Source: Priapulus caudatus
Lineage: Eukaryota
Length of the DNA stretch: 51,417 nucleotides
Reading direction: 5' to 3'
Assembly: GCF_000485595.1 (NCBI RefSeq)
Contig: NW_014577066.1
Location: 1-51,417, forward strand
The notes beneath the pieces are model-generated. The model was not told where the DNA came from. It was given only the letters and a program-made list of their open reading frames with translations, and searched no databases. Positions 1 to 12,000 of this stretch are shown here, one piece after another. The first letter of the stretch is position 1. Each line of letters opens with the position of its first letter. The translations under genes were made by a program, and so were the position numbers.

Positions 1-9
1 TACTTCTGT

Positions 10-156
10 GTTGCAGATGAGCATTTGACCGGCATTTACAGGTGATTATAGGCGAAATAGAGTAGAGAAACATTAAGAATAAGACTTTGGTACTAAATAC
101 ATTTCGTGATTATTTACCTTCTTTCTTTTTTTATTGAGACGTTCCAAGTGCCTGTG
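10..156. repeat. Dispersed repeat, copy 1
   Basis: Reverse complement of about 29035-29174; a partial copy in the same orientation is at about 30066-30126 (taaatacatttc...attgagacgttccaagtgcctgt). Confidence 0.8.
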
Positions 157-179
157 TACATAACAGTGGCACTAAGTGA

Positions 180-272
180 CTAACACTGTAAGTGTAACAG
201 TAACACTAACAGTAACAGTAACAGTAACAGTAACAGTAACACTAACAGTAACACTAACAGTAACAGTGACAC
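180..272. repeat. (TAACAG/TAACAC)n hexamer microsatellite
   Basis: Directly visible; explains the TVTVTL and poly-L ORFs. Confidence 0.9.
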
Positions 273-275
273 TAA

Positions 276-650
276 AGCCTGGCGCACATTGCCGAACATT
301 TTCCCGAACAAATCTTTTTGTCTGGCAATGTGCGGGTGGACAATTGCTGAGCGCACATTGCCGAACATTTTGCAGCGAACAATCTCGTGGCGCCGTCTAG
401 TAGCTCTGTGTTGTAAAGAGTCACGCGATGGGCGCATGATTGGGCACAAAAATCATGTGACCACATATCGTGCTGCTATTGGTTACTACTTTACAAATGT
501 TCCTAGAATTGTTCGACATTCAGCGCACATTGACGACCATTCGACAAACAATGTTCGAGATATCAAACATTTCCGATCTTCAGAAACATTGTTCGGAACA
601 AATGTTCCCCTTACGAACCTAGAAAATTCGAGCAAGCTAGGCTGAAACGA
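276..650. mobile_element. PIF/Harbinger-like MITE, one end plus internal fragment
   Basis: taa|AGCCTGGCGCACATTGCCGAACATT terminus with internal gccgaacatt/aatgttc repeats; right boundary uncertain. Confidence 0.55.
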
Positions 651-930
651 AAACACAGCAGGCACTTTGCGATGCTCCTCTATTTCTGAATAAACGTTTG
701 TAGCGCCATCTTCAGGCGATTAATAGCGTCGTGCAGGTGCATGGTTTCGTAAAATTGTTGTAAATAAGACTAAGAGCTTGTTTGATTTGTAAGCGCAAAC
801 TAAAAACTTGACTGTGTAATTAGGCATAGCCAGTCCCAGCCAGGATCAACAAAAAGGTAACAGTGTTTCGACATTTGCTTCGAAATCTACAACGATCTCG
901 TCAAGCCTAATCAGTAATGGCACTACCGCC

Positions 931-998
931 TACTACTACTACTACTACTACTACTAGTACTAGTACTAGTACTAATGCCTACTACTACTAGTACTAAT
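931..998. repeat. (TAC)n/(TAGTAC)n microsatellite
   Basis: Directly visible. Confidence 0.85.
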
Positions 999-1049
999 GC
1001 CAGTAATGGTAAATAACACATGACACTGTTAGTGTTACTGTTAGTGTTA

Positions 1050-1140
1050 AGCCCGGCGCACATTGCCGAACATTTTGCTCAAAAACATTATTGTAGCAAT
1101 GTTCCATGAAATGTTCGGCAATGTGCGGTGAAAAAAGTCG
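1050..1140. mobile_element. Second terminus of the same Harbinger-like MITE family
   Basis: tta|AGCCCGGCGCACATTGCCGAACATT...AATGTTCGGCAATGTGCG, in the same orientation as the end at 276. Confidence 0.55.
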
Positions 1141-1277
1141 CTCACTAAGACTAGTAATACTAATACTAATAGTAATACGACCATAACACTGCGTAAGTTA
1201 GCTACGACCTTGGCTTGTGCAAATAAAGAACCGGCCTGGCCTGAAAACGGTGCCTGGCCGATTTCGCCTCGACTTAC

Positions 1278-1328
1278 CATGCGAATATCATTTGGCCCGT
1301 AGAGAACGCAAGACAGGTTGGATTCCAT
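1278..1328 (-). CDS. SORD: SORD-type first coding exon (MESNLSCVLYGPNDIRM), on the strand opposite to exons 2-9
   Basis: ATG at 1328, 17 codons resembling the SORD N-terminus (human NNLSLVVHGPGDLRL), then a perfect phase-0 donor GTAAGT at 1277-1272, the conserved intron 1 position. Confidence 0.88.
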
Positions 1329-1456
1329 ATCCGAATAATTTGTGTATGGCAATTCGTTTTCTTCCACTCTACCAACGTAAGGCTTAGAAGCAGAAATCAC
1401 CAAGTGACACGGTACAAAGGTTAGACAGAAAACAGCAGGCTTACGACATTACTTTT

Positions 1457-1883
1457 CTGTCGTACCCAAACTTGGAATCTGCACAATTTCGAGATTGTGC
1501 AGCAATTGTGCTGCCCAAACTTCAGATTCCCTAGTTTGGCTGACCAATCTCAAGATTGGGCAAACTAAAAACAGTCGGTGATACAACAACCGCTCATAGC
1601 GAGTGTGTGGCGTGCGTGGTGCAAACTAGGAAGAGATTTATCTCATATTTATCCAATTATTTATTATAATCATTTAATACTTATACAGAGGTGCCAATTA
1701 AACACATTGAGGAAAGAAGGTATACGACCTTATAGTTTATGATATAACATTTGAAATCCTAATAATCATATGTTTGTGCAAGCTCTGTTTACCTCTGTTT
1801 TCCCAATCTCAAGATTGGTTGCCCAAACTGCGGATGCGCTGAAATTCCAAGTTTGTGCAAGATTCCAAGTTTGGGCACAACAG
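1457..1883. mobile_element. MITE with 24-bp TIRs
   Basis: ctgtcgtacccaaacttggaatct versus agattccaagtttgggcacaacag (22/24); subterminal ccaatctcaagattgg palindromes; no clear TSD. Confidence 0.7.
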
Positions 1884-3242
1884 TGACACTGACAGTGACA
1901 GTCACAGTATCTGGTGTGGGCGGCAACCGCCCCCTCCCCCATCATCATGCTTTATACGCGCGTGTTGCAGTTGCTAAATTTAGTGAAGTACTCAAGTAGT
2001 CTTAGTGAAGTAGTTCGAGCCGACGCAGACCCCAGTAATGGGTATAAATGGGTATAATGGGGATAAACCCGCCCTCTCAGATTAGCAAAGCGGAGTTATA
2101 ACGTCTGCATTTGCGTACTATAAGTGAAGATGATCGTTATAGCCATCTTTGCAGTAAATGTCATTTTCACAACGTGTACCATGTAATATGATGATTTCAG
2201 ACTTGCTTGAATTTTCTATATCCAATTTGATAGTAATACACCCGAATGTGGCACTGACCTATGTCACAGTGACTGTGCACGTGGGTTACAATGGTTATGC
2301 ATGCACGTGATTCCATCGAAAACTGCTATGTTCTGCATATTGGTCCAACTTTAGCCATAATATTAATAATCATTATTAAATATGAATCCACAACCATAGA
2401 CCTGCCAAGAGACGAGCCAACTTGTTAGATGACCAGTGCGTTTGTAGAGCATTCGTGTTCATATAGTTTGGTTATAAGGCAGCTCTGCTTTTTAATTGAC
2501 CCCTGGAATCCTGTCAATGCATGAGTGCATCCAGCACTTCAAATTTCAGCAGCAGCAAGAGCGTCAGTACATTTATCAGTGTGGCTTGGCATAGCTATTT
2601 CGCATTACATATACATGTTTACATGCACCTTTGTTTGCGGAAAGTGGCCAAAATCATATTACCCACATGCTAACCAATGCAGTATCAGGGTTCACTCCAG
2701 GCCTTTAATGCATGTCGGGTCTGACATGTCTTTAAAGCTGAAGCTAATTTGGGACATCTCATAAATCCTCTGACATGCCTTAATTTTCAGCCGTTTGCTT
2801 TTGAAAATTCATGCATAATTATGATGTGTTTTCAGAGCTTGTTGGAGATGCTTACAATAAGCATAATTGACTCCAATTAGTTATTGGATAGAATTTCCCT
2901 ATTGGCTAAGATGCCTTCTGTAATTTGTATTGAGAAGCATGAGTATATAATATGTTTGCTGCACGGTATCTTGGATAAATGCAAACTGGAAACTGTTTGC
3001 ACAGTCACATAAATGCTGAAGAATAACCATGTTTGCTTTATATGCTTGCTTTAAATGTAAATGTAATAAACTTTGAGTAAATTTATATGTAATGTGTACC
3101 TAGATGGAATAATGCATCTTTGCCAAAAAGGCATTGACAGGGCTATGTTATCATATATCCAGACATGCTCACTCCACAAGCCACACCAAATGGTATATAT
3201 AATGATATATTACCCAACTTGAATCATTACCTTCTTTTGCAG

Positions 3243-3276
3243 GAAGACAGAAGCATTCCGCTTCCTGGTAAACATG
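3243..3276 (+). CDS. SORD: SORD exon 2 ([11 protein letters not shown])
   Basis: cttttgcAG acceptor, 34 nt, donor G|GTAAGT; resembles human ENYPIPEPGPN; phases 0/1 fit the flanking exons. Confidence 0.9.
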
Positions 3277-5878
3277 GTAAGTTAAACAAATATTTATTGA
3301 AAGGAAACTATCGTGGTTAAGTTTGTCTGATAGCATATATATACATGTGCTCTACCGTTCATAAATACCTCCAGTCAGGCATCAATAAATTTTAAACTTT
3401 AAAAGCAAATATATATGTCACAGTAATTTCTACGCAACCAAGAGAAGCTTGAAAGCACGTGATGTGGTTTGAAGGAGCCCTTATACACTCTCACTGTGGT
3501 ATTTACAGGTGTTCACATGCACTCTCACTGTGGCATTTGCAGGCGTTCACATGTACTCTCACTGTGATAAGTACAGGCAGTGCTCAAATAAGCATTGTCC
3601 GGTTGTCTGAGACAACCAGAATTTGCGCCGGACAACCTAACCAGTCTGAGACATTGTCCGGTGGACAACCAAGAAAATTGTGACGAAAAACGCACTTTAT
3701 TTATATTTTTCTGACCGCGAATTGAATTTCTTTTGGCTGTCGATCGGCCTGCATTGCGTCCATAGCTAGTGTTGTTTTGCGGCTTCTCATTGGTCAGCAA
3801 TGCCGTGTAATAGGGGTGCTTTGGCCAATAAGTATGCGTATCACAACTCACGTTCGTCGCGACAACAAATTTGACTCTGTGGACAAGTTTCATCGGCGAG
3901 TAAACAGGTAACTACTTATCGATGACTACAAACGATTTTTCTGAAGAGACAAATGACTTGTTGTTGGTAGATTTGTTGTGGCAATGATGTAATCGAATCT
4001 GCCTGAGAGGTAAACATTGACTAACTGGACGGAGTGTGTCAGCGATAATTGAGGTATTCTATAGCTAGCCATGTCAAACCATTAACAATCAACTCATTAA
4101 AAATTAAAAAACAAACATGCAGTGAGTCACTAAGTATAGCTGTTCCAGTTGTTAAGAATGATATCAATTTTGAAACAGACTTCTTATCTAGGTGAGAAGA
4201 AAATTATATTTTTTTATACAAAACGGATTCTATTCAAATGACAATGATTAAAGGAGCCTAGGTTTGGATTCTAGACAAAGTTCTGTGTTCCATTCGCATT
4301 GATTCAATGAGACCTGGAATACATTTTGCATGATATATTCAGTTGCAGCTTGAATTTTTATTTAATGGGTATATACTATATAGTGATTATTGTAGCCAAT
4401 GTCCTTTAGTATCCAGTCATATGAGTCACACTGCAATAATATTATTATACATCTGAATGATCTGGTCATAAGTGGACCAATTGATAATAATATTATTGCA
4501 GTATGACTCATTAAGTATGAGTGAATACCCTGAAACCCGATGTCTTGCATTTTTATGAACCAATTTTTTTTTGCTAATGTCAAGACTCATGCAAAAGAAG
4601 ATTAACTAGTCACGATGACCGTCCTGATTCATGCAAAATTTTAAGTTTACAGGTTGAAATAAAATAAATTTAAAGATATCACTCCTACAGTATGTTTTTG
4701 GGCAGTGGCGTAGTTGGGGGGGATCCATGTTGATCCAAGTTAAAAAAAAAATGTTCTACTAAAAAAATAACTGTTGTAGTCAGAATGAAGGCTGTACATG
4801 TACTCAAAGGTGCCGCAAATACCATCTCCTGCGATCTACATTTTCAAAATTTTCTGGGGGAGGACCCCATGTACCTCCCCTCCTGTTTTTCAACCCCCCC
4901 CCCTCCTTGGAATCTTAGACCCGCCACTGAACAATTACATATCTTGTGAGCAGAGAACAATGAACAAAAATGTCGCCTTTTCGCATGGCGCCCAAAACAA
5001 AGATTGCAGAGCTGAGAGGTAGAGGAGCCGTAGGGTGTGGAGAGGGAGGCGGAGGAGCCAAATATTAAGTCATCCACTATTTTGCGCAGTTCGCTGTTTT
5101 TGGCCCCCCTTGTTAAAAAATCCTGGCTACGCTACTGTTTTTGAGTGTTTTCTGATCATATTATTTTGTGATTGAAAATAGGAGATTTGGGGATATTTTT
5201 TGGGACAACCAGAAATTGTTGCGGACAACCACATTTTTTTTCTTATTTCGAGCACTGACAGGTGTGCACGTGCACTCTCACTGTGACATTTGTAGGTGTT
5301 CACATGCACTCTGACTGTGACAAGTACAGGTTTTCACATGCACTCTCACTGTGGCATTTACAGGTTTTCAGATGTACTCTCACTGCGACAAGTACAGACC
5401 TTTTGTATTCTAACAACCCACTTTATCCCAATACCTCAACATCCTTCTTTTTCCTCGCATTTTTTTGGTGGATCACTTAGTTTTTTGCACATTATAATCC
5501 TATAGTCCACTGGAACTTAGCAGCACCTGCAAATGCCAGAGTGGGAGTACATGTGAACACCTGTACTGTGTGAGTGTGTACTACTACTAGTGACAGTGAG
5601 AGCTCATGCATGTGAACACAAGGTCTGTAACTTGCTCACATAAGAGTACATGACCTGAACACTGTCTGTTGTCACAGTGAGAGCTGCATGCATGTGAACA
5701 CAGTCTTGTACTTGTCACAGTGAGCTAGTACATCTGAAAACCTGTAAATGCCACAGTGAGAGTGCCATGCATGTGAACACAGCGATCTGTACTTGCCTCG
5801 CAGTGAGAGTACATCTGGAAAACCTGCTAAATTTGCCACAGTGAGAGTGCATGCTGAAAACCCTTTTTTATTTTTTTT

Positions 5879-5910
<32 letters not shown>

Positions 5911-8900
5911 CTTTTTTTGTTTTTTTTTTTTTCCTTACTTGTCACAGTGAGAGTGCATGCATGTGAACACAGGTCTGCTACTTGTCGCAGTGCAGAGTAC
6001 ATTCTGAAAACCTGTAAATGCCACAGTGAGAGTGCCATGTGAACACAGCNCAACCTAAACCAGTCTGAGACATTGTCGGTGGACAACAATGAAAATTTGT
6101 GTACGAAAAAACGCACGTTTTATTTATATTTTCTGAACGCGATTGATATTTCTTTTGGCTGTCGATCAGGCGCTGCATTGCCGTCCATTAGCTAGTGTTG
6201 TTTTTGCGGCTTCTCATTGGTCAGCAATGCCGTGTAATAGGGGTGCTTTGGCGCCAATAAGTATGCCGTTATTCACAACTCACGTTCGTTGTAGCGACAA
6301 CAAATTTTGACTCTGTGACAAGTCTTCATCGGCGATGTAAAACAGGTTAACTACTTATCGATCACTACAAACGATTTTTTCTGGAAGAGACAAATGACTT
6401 GTTTGTTGCGTAGATTTGCTTGTGCCAATGATGATCGAATCTGCCTGAGAGGTAAACATTGACTAACCTGGACGCGAGTGTGTCAGCGATAATTGAGGTA
6501 TATTCTATAGCTAGCCATGTCAAAAACATTAACAATCAAAATCTATTAAAAATTAAAAAACAAAAATGCAGTGAGTCAGTAAGTATAGCTGTTTCCAGTG
6601 TAGAATGATATTCAATTTGAAACAGTTCTTATCTAAAAGGTGAGAAGAAAATTATATTTTTATTAGTTACAAAAACGGTATTCTATTCAAATGACAATGT
6701 ATTAAAGGAGCCTGGGTTTGGATTCTTAGACAAATGTTCTTGGTTCATTCGCATTGATTCAATGAGACCTGGAATCACATTTTGCCATGATATATTCAGT
6801 GCCAGCTTGAATTTTTATTTAATTTGGGTATATACTATATATGATATATTGTAGCCAAATGTCCTTTTTAGTATCCAGTTCATATGAGATCGACACTGCA
6901 ATAATATGTATCTATACATTCTGAATGATCTGGTCATAAGTCGGACAATTGATAATAATATTACTTGCCAGTATGACTCATTAAGGTCATGAGTGAATAC
7001 CCTTGAACCCGATGGTCTTGCATTTTTTTATGAACCAATTTTTTTTTGCTATGTCAAGACTCATGCCCCCCAATAGAAGATTAACTAGTCACGCATGACC
7101 GTCTGATTCATGCAAAATTTTAGAGTTTACAGTTGAATAAAAATAAATTTAAAGATATCACTCCTACAGTATGTTTTATTGGCTAGTGGCCATAGTTGGG
7201 GGGGGATCCATTGTTGCATCCAAGGGTTTAAAAAAAAAATGTTCTACTAAAAAAATAACTGTTTGTAGTCAGAATGAAGCGCTGCTAGCATGTATCAAAG
7301 GTGGCCGCAAATACCATCTTTCCTGCACGATCTACATTTTTCAAAATTTTCTGGGCGGCGAGGACCCCATTGTACCTCCCCTCCTGTTTTTTACCCCCTC
7401 TCCTTGGAATTTTTAGACCCCGCACTGGCAAACAATTTAACATATCTGTATGAGCAGGAGAACAATGAACAAAATGCTCGCCTTTTCGCCATGGCGCCCA
7501 AAAACAAAGATTGCAGAGCTGAGAGTAGCAGGAGCCGTATGTTAGGGTGTGGAGGAGGGAGGCGGAGGCAGCCATTTAAAAATATTGAAGTCATCCTCTT
7601 ATTTTGCGCAGGTTCGACTGTTTTGGCGCCGTCCTTGTTAAAATAATCCTGGCGTACGCCACTGTTCTTGAGTGTTTTTCTGATCATATTTTTGTGATGA
7701 AATAAGATTTTGTGGGGATATTTGTGTTTGACAACCAGAAATTGTTGCCGGGACAACCACATTTTTTTTCTTATTTCGAGCACTGACAGGGGCTACACAT
7801 GCACTCTCACTGTGACATTTGTAGGTGTTCACATGCACTCTGACTCGTGGACAAGTACAGGTTTTTCACACTGCCACTTCACTGCTAGGCATTTACAGGT
7901 TTTCAGATTGTACTCTCACTGCCGACAAGTAACAGACCTGTTGTTCACATGCACTTCTCACTGTGGCATTTACAGGTTTTCCAGATAGTACTCTCACCTT
8001 TTTTTTTTTTCTTTATCCCAACAAGTACAGACCTGTTGCTTCACATGCATGCACTCTCACTGTGACAAGTAAACCCAAAAAGGTTTTTTTTTTTTTCAAA
8101 CATGCACTCTCACTGTGGCATTTACAGGTTTTTCAGTGTTACTCTCACTGCCGACAAGTACAGACCTGCCTGTTCACATGCATGCACTCTCACTGTGATT
8201 TAACAGGTTTTTCAGATTACTCTCATTTATGACAAGTACAGACCTGTGTTCACATGCATGCACTCTCACTGTGACAAGTACAGGTGTTCACATGTACTCT
8301 TACTGTGACAAGTACAGACCTGTGTTCACATGCATGCACTCTCACTGTCACTAGTAGTAGTACACACTCACACAGTACAGGTGTTCACATGTACTCCACT
8401 CTGGCATTGCAGGTGCTGCTAAGTTCCATGTGCGCGACTATTAGGATTATATGTGCCATAAAACTAGTGATCCATTGTGACGTCAACGGGCGTGATGTGC
8501 CTGCAAAATGTCTGCCAACACCGCATGCTGTAACTTGTAAGCTGACCATTACAAAACATCTCCAGCAGTCGTGTCTTGTCGCGTCACGCGTTGGGTGGGG
8601 GTTCTGGGCCCAAAACTGACCGCCGGCCGTGATGTTGTCTGAGAGTGCCTAAGTGCTAGATCTTGTTCCAGAGCTCGGCTCTAGCATCTCAATTTCTAGC
8701 ACTTGTCGCTAAATCATAAATACGTGCGCGTGTGCTTGTTTTGTAGAAGTGCAGATTCGTATGAACTCGGTGGGCATCTGCGGATCGGACGTCCACTACT
8801 GGAAGCATGGACGCATTGGAGACTTCGTGCTCACCTCACCGATGGTGCTGGGTCACGAGTCAAGTGGAACTGTGTCGGCCCTGGGCGAGAATGTTACCAG

Positions 8901-9006
8901 CTTGAAAGTCGGTGAGGCTCTGAATTTTCCAGATATAATAAAACTGTAGGTGCAGACATTTATTCTCACATACGTATAATTTGTGTGTATGTATACACAC
9001 ACACAT

Positions 9007-9037
<31 letters not shown>

Positions 9038-12000
9038 CAGATATATAATGATAAAATCTCAATATTAACTATATATATTTTATTCAATATTCCAACTTCA
9101 GTGATCGCGTTGCCATCGAACCAGGGAGTTCCATGCCCGCATGTGCGACTTCTGCAAGACCGGTAAATACAACCTGTGCCCGGACATTGTGTTCTGTGCC
9201 CACACCGCCCATCGACGGCACACTGGCTAACTACTACGTGCATCCTGCGGACTTCTGCTACAAGTGCGTGCAATAAAATTTCTGAAACGAGATTAATGGA
9301 AGCGATATCAATTTCAGCAATGTTCTAAGTTTGTGAATGTAATACGCATAGCGTAATTATCCGAACCGATCAGCAAATGAATATGAATGTGAAATTCATA
9401 AACTGAGTGATTCGTTAAAATTAATTTAAATTCATGCAGATGTTAATCAACGATTACAAAAACTGAATGAGCGAGTGATGCAACTTTGAACGATTACTGA
9501 TCAACATTTCCTCATTTGCGTTTTGGCAGACTGCCAGATCATGTGAGCTTTGAGGAAGGAGCCTTACTGGAGCCGCTAGCTGTTTGGTGTGCATGCGTGC
9601 AGGAGAGCTGGAGTCGGCATTGGGAAGCGTGTGCTTATTTGCGGAGCTGGTAGGTAACTGCTATCTAGATTCTAGACCCACCACCTTTCACTAAATTATT
9701 TATTTGCCCTGAAATGTGGGGCTCATTGTCAGTAGCATCGTAAAGTTAAGGCTAATGTCAAATATCCAATACGTGAACAATCGCTCACCTGTCAATGTTT
9801 GTTTTGGTACAAAATCGGTAGGTAAGTAGGGTTTCTGGCTTGTTTCCCATGAAAAACACAGGTTTTACTAATCAATATAAAATATAATACCCACTATAAT
9901 TGCAATCCTTTGTGCAATAATGTTTTTTCTGTAATCTGTTGTCTTACTTTTTTTTAAGGTTTTATGTATAGAAATGTTGGTATAAAGAGTTCAAAGTCCA
10001 TTTCCCATTAGTAACAAGTTTCTAAATGCCATGTGAGAAGTGATGCTAAGCTGTTGAGATTTGAGCTTTCATACGTAGTCTCATTTTCCCCTATTTTGAT
10101 AATTATTTTTTAAATGTGATTTCCATCTTTGTGAAACAGCTGTATTATTTGTATTATGTGACAGAGTGGGTGATTGTTGCAGGGCCTATCGGACTGTTAG
10201 CTTTGCTGACGGCAAGGCTATGGGTGCTGCGAAGTTTGCATTACAGGTAAGGTTGCATGCAATCACACCGTGTCTGTAGGCATAAACAAGTGGATACATA
10301 TCAGGTCGGTGTAGACAAAAGCAAATTTCAAATGTTTTCCTCTTTCTCGCCCTCCCTCTCGCTCTCTTTCCCTCCCTCTCTCTCGCTCTTTTTCTCCCCC
10401 TCTCTCTCCTTTCTCTCCCTCCCTATCTCTCTTCCTCTATTGGTTTTAATTATTATTTTATTTATTTTTTTATGTTTTATTTTCTTTCTATGTATTGTTT
10501 TTTTTAATTTTTTATTTTTTTTTCTTATTAAATCTTTTTTTGTTATTTTTTTTTTTTTTTTTTTTTTAGTATTTATGACCCATCTCACTGACTATTTTTT
10601 CCCTCTGACACTCGCATCTGTCTCGTGTTCGATTTACTCTACAAACTCGCTGACTCTCTCTCTTTCTCTCACACTCTCCTTTCTCTCTCCCTCGCTCAAT
10701 CACTCCTGGCCGCCCGCCTGCCTGCTTCCTCCCTTCCTCCCTCCCTCCCTCTCTCTTCCTTCCCCTCTATCTCTCCCTCGCACTCGCACAAACTCCCGAT
10801 CCTTCTATATCCATTGCTGCATCTCTATCGCATGTGCGTGCGCTATCAAGCACTCGCCCTCCTCTCTCTCCCACAAACTGCCTATCCCTCCATATTCATC
10901 ACTGCATCTCTCTCACACCTGCGCCGGTGCGCTTAAACGAGCACTCTCTCCCTCTCTCGCTGCATCTCTCTCACCACACGCTCATGCCGGTGCGCAAATC
11001 GAGCACTCTCTCCCTCTCTCACGTGCCAATCTCTCTCGCACGCGCCGCTACGCTATCGAGCACTTCTCTCCTCTCTCGCTGATCTCTCTCGCACACGCAC
11101 GTGGGCGCAATCTAGCCCACTCTCTCCCCTCTCTCGCTGCAATCTCTCTCACCACACGCTGCTGCGGCATCGCAGCACTCTCTCCCTCCTCTCCGCTGCA
11201 TCTCTCTCGGCACCACGCTTCTCGTGCGCATCTAGCACTCTCTCCCTCTTCTCGCTGCATTCTCTCTCGCACACGCGCACTGTGCGCCAATCGAGCACTC
11301 TGTCCCCCTCTCTCGCATGCCATCTCTCTCACACACGCCTGTGCGCAATCGAGCACTCTCTCCTCTCTCGCTGATCTCTCTCACACACGCCCGGCGCAAT
11401 CGAGCCACTCTCTCCTCATCTCTCGTCTGCATTCTCTCCACACACGCGTGCGCATCGAGCACTCTCTCCCTCTTCGCTGCATCTCTCTCGCACGCGCTGT
11501 ACGCTATCGAGACACACGCTGGTGCGCAATCGAGCACTCTGTCCCTCTCTCGCTGCATCTCTCTCACACACAGCAGTGCCGCAATCGAGCGCCCACTCTC
11601 TTCCCTCTCTTCGCTGCATCTCTCACACACCGCGTGCGCAATCTAGCACTCTCTCCTCTCTCGCTGATCTCTCTCCACACACGGCAGGTGCGCAATCGAG
11701 CACTCTCTCCCTCTCTCGCTGCATCTCTCTCCACACGCCGTGCGCCAATCGAGCACTCTCTCCCTCTCTCGCCTGCATCTCTCTCACACACCGCTCGTGC
11801 GCAATCGCAGAGCACTCTGTCCCTTCTCTCGCTTGCATCTCTCTCAACACGCGTGCGCTATCGGAGCACCTCTCTCCCTCTTCTCGCCCTGCATCTCTCT
11901 CACACACGCTGTGCCGGGCAATCGAGCACTCTTCCTCGCTCTCCCTGCCATTCTCTCTCACACACAGCCAGTGCGCATCGAGCACTCCTCTCCTCTCATC

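Noticed and set aside
700..716. AAGATGGCG on - as a gene start
   Set aside because: Stop after 9 codons with no donor; could be a YY1/CTCF-like motif but is unsupported.
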